From Massilicoli timonensis (GTDB lineage Bacteria; Bacillota_I; Bacilli_A; Erysipelotrichales; Erysipelotrichaceae), in the NCBI RefSeq assembly GCF_900199515.1, contig NZ_LT963434.1, positions 1,143,272 to 1,175,271 of the forward strand: a stretch of 32,000 nt of DNA, given 5' to 3'. The translations under genes were made by a program, and so were the position numbers. The notes beneath the pieces were generated by a model that made no database searches, had not been told where the DNA came from, and worked only from the letters and a program-made list of their open reading frames with translations. Each line of letters begins with the position of its first letter. The stretch's first letter is position 1. Below, one piece after another: positions 29,282 through 32,000 of the stretch.

Positions 29282-30469
29282 TTATAAAATATTTTTTGCT
29301 TTTACTTCAGCGATCTGTTCTTCGCTGTATCCCAAGTAGTCGCGTAAGATCTCATCGGTGTTTTCACCCAAAACCGGCGCCGGTGTGCGGAAACCGCCTT
29401 TTGTTTCGGACATCTTGATCGGCGTATCTGCCATCTTGAACGGTCCTACCTTCGGATGATTTGCCTCAACGATCATTTCACGCGCAACGACCTGCTCATT
29501 GCTGATTACCTTATCAACCGTATTGACATAAGTAACCGGCACGTTTGCGGCAACCAGCTGTTCATACCATTCATCACTGGTCTTTGTCATAAAGATTTCA
29601 TCCATGATCGGTTTCAATTCTTCATAATTCTGTGTACGCAGCGGATTGGTATTAAAGCGTTCGTCATCAACCAGTTCTTCACGGCCTGCAACAGTCAAGA
29701 ATTTCTTCCACAGACCATTGTTTCCGATCGCAACCATAACTTTGATATTGTCCTTGCACAGGAAATCTTCAAATGGGGTAATGGAAGCATGGCGATTGCC
29801 TTTTGGCTGCGGGATCACGCCGTTTACCAAATAACGTGCAATCGCATTTTCCAAGATTGCCACCTGGCAGTCCAGCATTGCCACATCGACCTTCTGTCCT
29901 TTACCGGTCTTATTTTTGTGGTAAAGCGCAGTAATCGTTCCGACTGCCGCAAACAAACCGGCCGTGATATCGCCCACAGACGCACCGACACGGGTGTACT
30001 GTCCATCGCCCGGACCGGTAATGCTCATGATTCCGCCCATTGCCTGCACGATCGCATCATAAGCAGGACGTTTGGAGAACGGACCGCTGTGACCGAATCC
30101 GGATACACAGGTATAAATGATTTCCGGATTGATCTTCTTCAGATCTTCATAGCCCATTCCCAGTTTTTCCATCGTTCCCGGCTTAAAGTTTTCCACAACG
30201 ACATCAGCCTTCTTGATCAATTCTTTTACCAGTTCCACACCGTTAGGGTCTTTGGTATTGACCGTAATGCTCTTTTTGTTGCGGTTGATGCTCATGTAAT
30301 AAGCACTTTCACCGTTCACATAAGGGCCGTATGCACGGGAATCATCACCGGTTCCCGGCATCTCAACTTTAATGACTTCTGCTCCGAAGTCTGCCAAGAT
30401 CATCGTACAATATGGTCCTGACAATACACGTGTCAAATCGACGACTTTTACTCCCTCTAATGGCAGCAT
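29282..30469 (-). CDS. Family III CoA-transferase (CaiB/BaiF/Frc type)
   Basis: 395 aa. The N-terminus is PLEGVKVVDLTRVLSGPYCTMILADFGAEVIKVE. The catalytic-Asp motif is RPAYDAIVQAMGGIMSITG (D138). A GGAGG RBS is present. Confidence 0.9.
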   Translation of the reverse strand: MLPLEGVKVVDLTRVLSGPYCTMILADFGAEVIKVEMPGTGDDSRAYGPYVNGESAYYMSINRNKKSITVNTKDPNGVELVKELIKKADVVVENFKPGTMEKLGMGYEDLKKINPEIIYTCVSGFGHSGPFSKRPAYDAIVQAMGGIMSITGPGDGQYTRVGASVGDITAGLFAAVGTITALYHKNKTGKGQKVDVAMLDCQVAILENAIARYLVNGVIPQPKGNRHASITPFEDFLCKDNIKVMVAIGNNGLWKKFLTVAGREELVDDERFNTNPLRTQNYEELKPIMDEIFMTKTSDEWYEQLVAANVPVTYVNTVDKVISNEQVVAREMIVEANHPKVGPFKMADTPIKMSETKGGFRTPAPVLGENTDEILRDYLGYSEEQIAEVKAKNIL

Positions 30470-30760
30470 AAAAAATTCTAACCTCCTTCTCGCATGTATA
30501 TGGATACATGGCTTTTCTATAGTTAGAATTATAAAGACCTTAATAAAGGAACTAAACAGGATAAAAAACCGTTATAAAAGCATAAAATAAAGCCGTTATG
30601 TAAAAAAATCACACAATTTTTCCATAAATTAGCAGAACTCTCTGTACGTTCTTTCAAATAATTTCCTTAATCAAAGGACATTTATATATTCAGTATGCGC
30701 TTACATCTTTTTTTCATGCTTCACCTGACGAAAAAACCTGTAAAAATGCCGCTGTTAAAG

Positions 30761-30789
30761 GTAAACCTATAAGTATCGTTCGGGTTTAC
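30761..30789. promoter_or_regulatory. Candidate BirA operator (GTAAACC-N15-GGTTTAC)
   Basis: A perfect 7-bp inverted repeat with a 15-nt spacer lies 41-69 nt upstream of the birA ATG. It abuts a TGgTAAAAT extended -10 at 30794-30802. The half-site resembles the TGTWAACC halves of Firmicute BirA boxes. Confidence 0.6.
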
Positions 30790-30829
30790 TAAATGGTAAA
30801 ATGTAGATGATAAGAAATGAGGTGCTGCT

Positions 30830-31777
30830 ATGCTGGTAATTGAATTATTGGAAAAAAGCAGAGGGCGTTATTTATCAGGAGAACTGATCGCACAATACTG
30901 CGGCATTACCCGCGCTGCGGTCTGGAAACAGATCAAATCGTTGAAGGAGCAAGGCTATCAGATCGAAAGCCGCAAAGGTAAAGGCTATTGTCTGGCAAAT
31001 GACTGTGATATTCTGTCACAAGAAGCGATTTCCTCTTATTTGCATGATCCCTCTTTTCAGATCATTGTCAAATCTGAGGTTACTTCCACCAATGATGTAT
31101 TAAAAGAACTCGCTCAGCAGGGATATCCGGAAAAATGTGTATTGATCGCACAGACACAGACAAAAGGGAAAGGGAGAAAGGGACGTTCTTTCTATTCCCC
31201 AAATGATGATGGCTTATATATGAGCCTGCTGCTCAGACCAAAACAGCTCAAACCGGAAGACACGCTGCTGTTAAGCGCCCTCAGCGCCTGTGCCGTACAA
31301 AGCGGCATCAAGCGTGTTACCGGATTAGATACACAGATCAAATGGGTCAATGACATTTATCTGAAAGGGAAGAAGGTCTGCGGCATCTTATGTGAGGGAA
31401 GCTGTTCGATCGAAACAAATGAATTTGACTATATTATCGTCGGCATCGGCATCAACTGCCACAATACCACATTCCCACAGGACATTAAGGGAATTGCCGC
31501 TTCTTTGCAAAGTGCATCTTTCATACGGGCGAAGCTGGCAGCCGCGATCATTGCAGATTTTTTCAAAGATTATCAGACACTGCCAAATCGTGATTTTCTA
31601 TCACATTACCGTAAACACAGCTGTGTGATCGGCAAGATGATCCAAGTGTATCAGGGCAATCAGACTTATCCCGCAAAGGTGCTGGACATTGATGAACATG
31701 GCTATCTGATCATTGAAAAAGACGGTCACTTGGAAACGCTGAGCAGTGGGGAAATCACCATTCGCGTCAAGTCTTGA
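30830..31777 (+). CDS. birA: Bifunctional biotin-protein ligase / biotin operon repressor
   Basis: 315 aa. The N-terminal wHTH is LSGELIAQYCGITRAAVWKQIKSLKEQGYQIES. The BPL catalytic core includes Q..GKGR.GR.F.S and the KWVNDIY...KKVCGIL motif. A C-terminal SH3-like domain follows. Confidence 0.9.
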   Translation: MLVIELLEKSRGRYLSGELIAQYCGITRAAVWKQIKSLKEQGYQIESRKGKGYCLANDCDILSQEAISSYLHDPSFQIIVKSEVTSTNDVLKELAQQGYPEKCVLIAQTQTKGKGRKGRSFYSPNDDGLYMSLLLRPKQLKPEDTLLLSALSACAVQSGIKRVTGLDTQIKWVNDIYLKGKKVCGILCEGSCSIETNEFDYIIVGIGINCHNTTFPQDIKGIAASLQSASFIRAKLAAAIIADFFKDYQTLPNRDFLSHYRKHSCVIGKMIQVYQGNQTYPAKVLDIDEHGYLIIEKDGHLETLSSGEITIRVKS

Positions 31778-31816
31778 CCGTTTGCCTGATCATTTATTGA
31801 AGGAGGAACATGACAA

Positions 31817-32000
31817 ATGAAAACAAAAGATATGATCCAATGCACACTATGCTGTGTTTTAATGATTATCGGGGGACTCTTACATATTTCGATCGGACCG
31901 ATCCCTTTGACTTTGCAGGTCCTGATGCTTTGTATTACGGTATTTCTGCTTCAGAAACAAGCATGGATCAGCGTTGCCCTTTATATTGTGATGGGTTTGA
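31817..32000 (+). CDS. bioY: Biotin ECF transporter S component BioY (N-terminal part; runs off the window)
   Basis: My translation from ATG 31817 (AGGAGG 10 nt upstream) reads MKTKDMIQCTLCCVLMIIGGLLHISIGPIPLTLQVLMLCITVFLLQKQAWISVALYIVMGL. The P-(I/V)-(P/T)-L/T-LQ motif and helix pattern are typical of BioY. It is absent from the ORF track because it has no stop in the window. Confidence 0.8.
   Translation, partial: MKTKDMIQCTLCCVLMIIGGLLHISIGPIPLTLQVLMLCITVFLLQKQAWISVALYIVMGL

Noticed and set aside
29456-30421. 321-aa + strand ORF, the longest unexplained ORF in the track
   Set aside because: It is entirely antisense to the family III CoA-transferase gene, which has strong family motifs. 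The antisense product is rich in His, Arg, Phe and Ile with no motifs. The same reasoning applies to 8395..9111, 18134..18856, 7253..7843, 24551..25150, 21772..22176 and 12889..13383.

Overview
Chromosomal segment of a spore-forming Bacillota; the exact taxon cannot be determined from this window. I call 33 protein-coding genes, 30 of them on the minus strand. I saw no rRNA, tRNA, CRISPR array, transposase or integrase. Gene order echoes two Bacillus subtilis neighbourhoods: spoIIE...tilS and upp-atpIBEFHAGDC-ywzB...spoIID/spoIIQ/mbl. Contents in window order: tilS (partial, absent from the ORF track), pepD, spoIIE, an orphan MazF/PemK-fold gene, tagO-like GT4 transferase, mbl/mreB, spoIIQ-like, spoIID, an orphan AraC-type response regulator and DUF1146/ywzB. 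Next comes a roughly 4 kb lineage-specific envelope block: an O-antigen-ligase-like protein, an acidic-repeat coiled-coil membrane protein and a lipoprotein. Then follow the complete F1Fo ATP synthase operon with atpZ and atpI, upp, a PRD-type regulator, a biotin-dependent Na+-pumping acyl-CoA decarboxylase operon, and divergent birA-bioY. The most interesting signal is bioenergetic. The operon at 24538-30469 has the order family III CoA-transferase, MmdA, permease, MmdD, MmdC, MmdB, with no mutase or epimerase. It looks like a self-contained module that takes up a dicarboxylate, activates it with CoA and decarboxylates it while pumping Na+. It lies 2.9 kb from an ATP synthase whose c subunit carries the full Na+-binding signature (Q29, E62, T63, T64, Y67). 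It appears to be co-transcribed with a PRD regulator whose phosphorylation sites look degenerate. All family calls rest on reading the translated ORFs by eye and on recalled family motifs; no searches were run.
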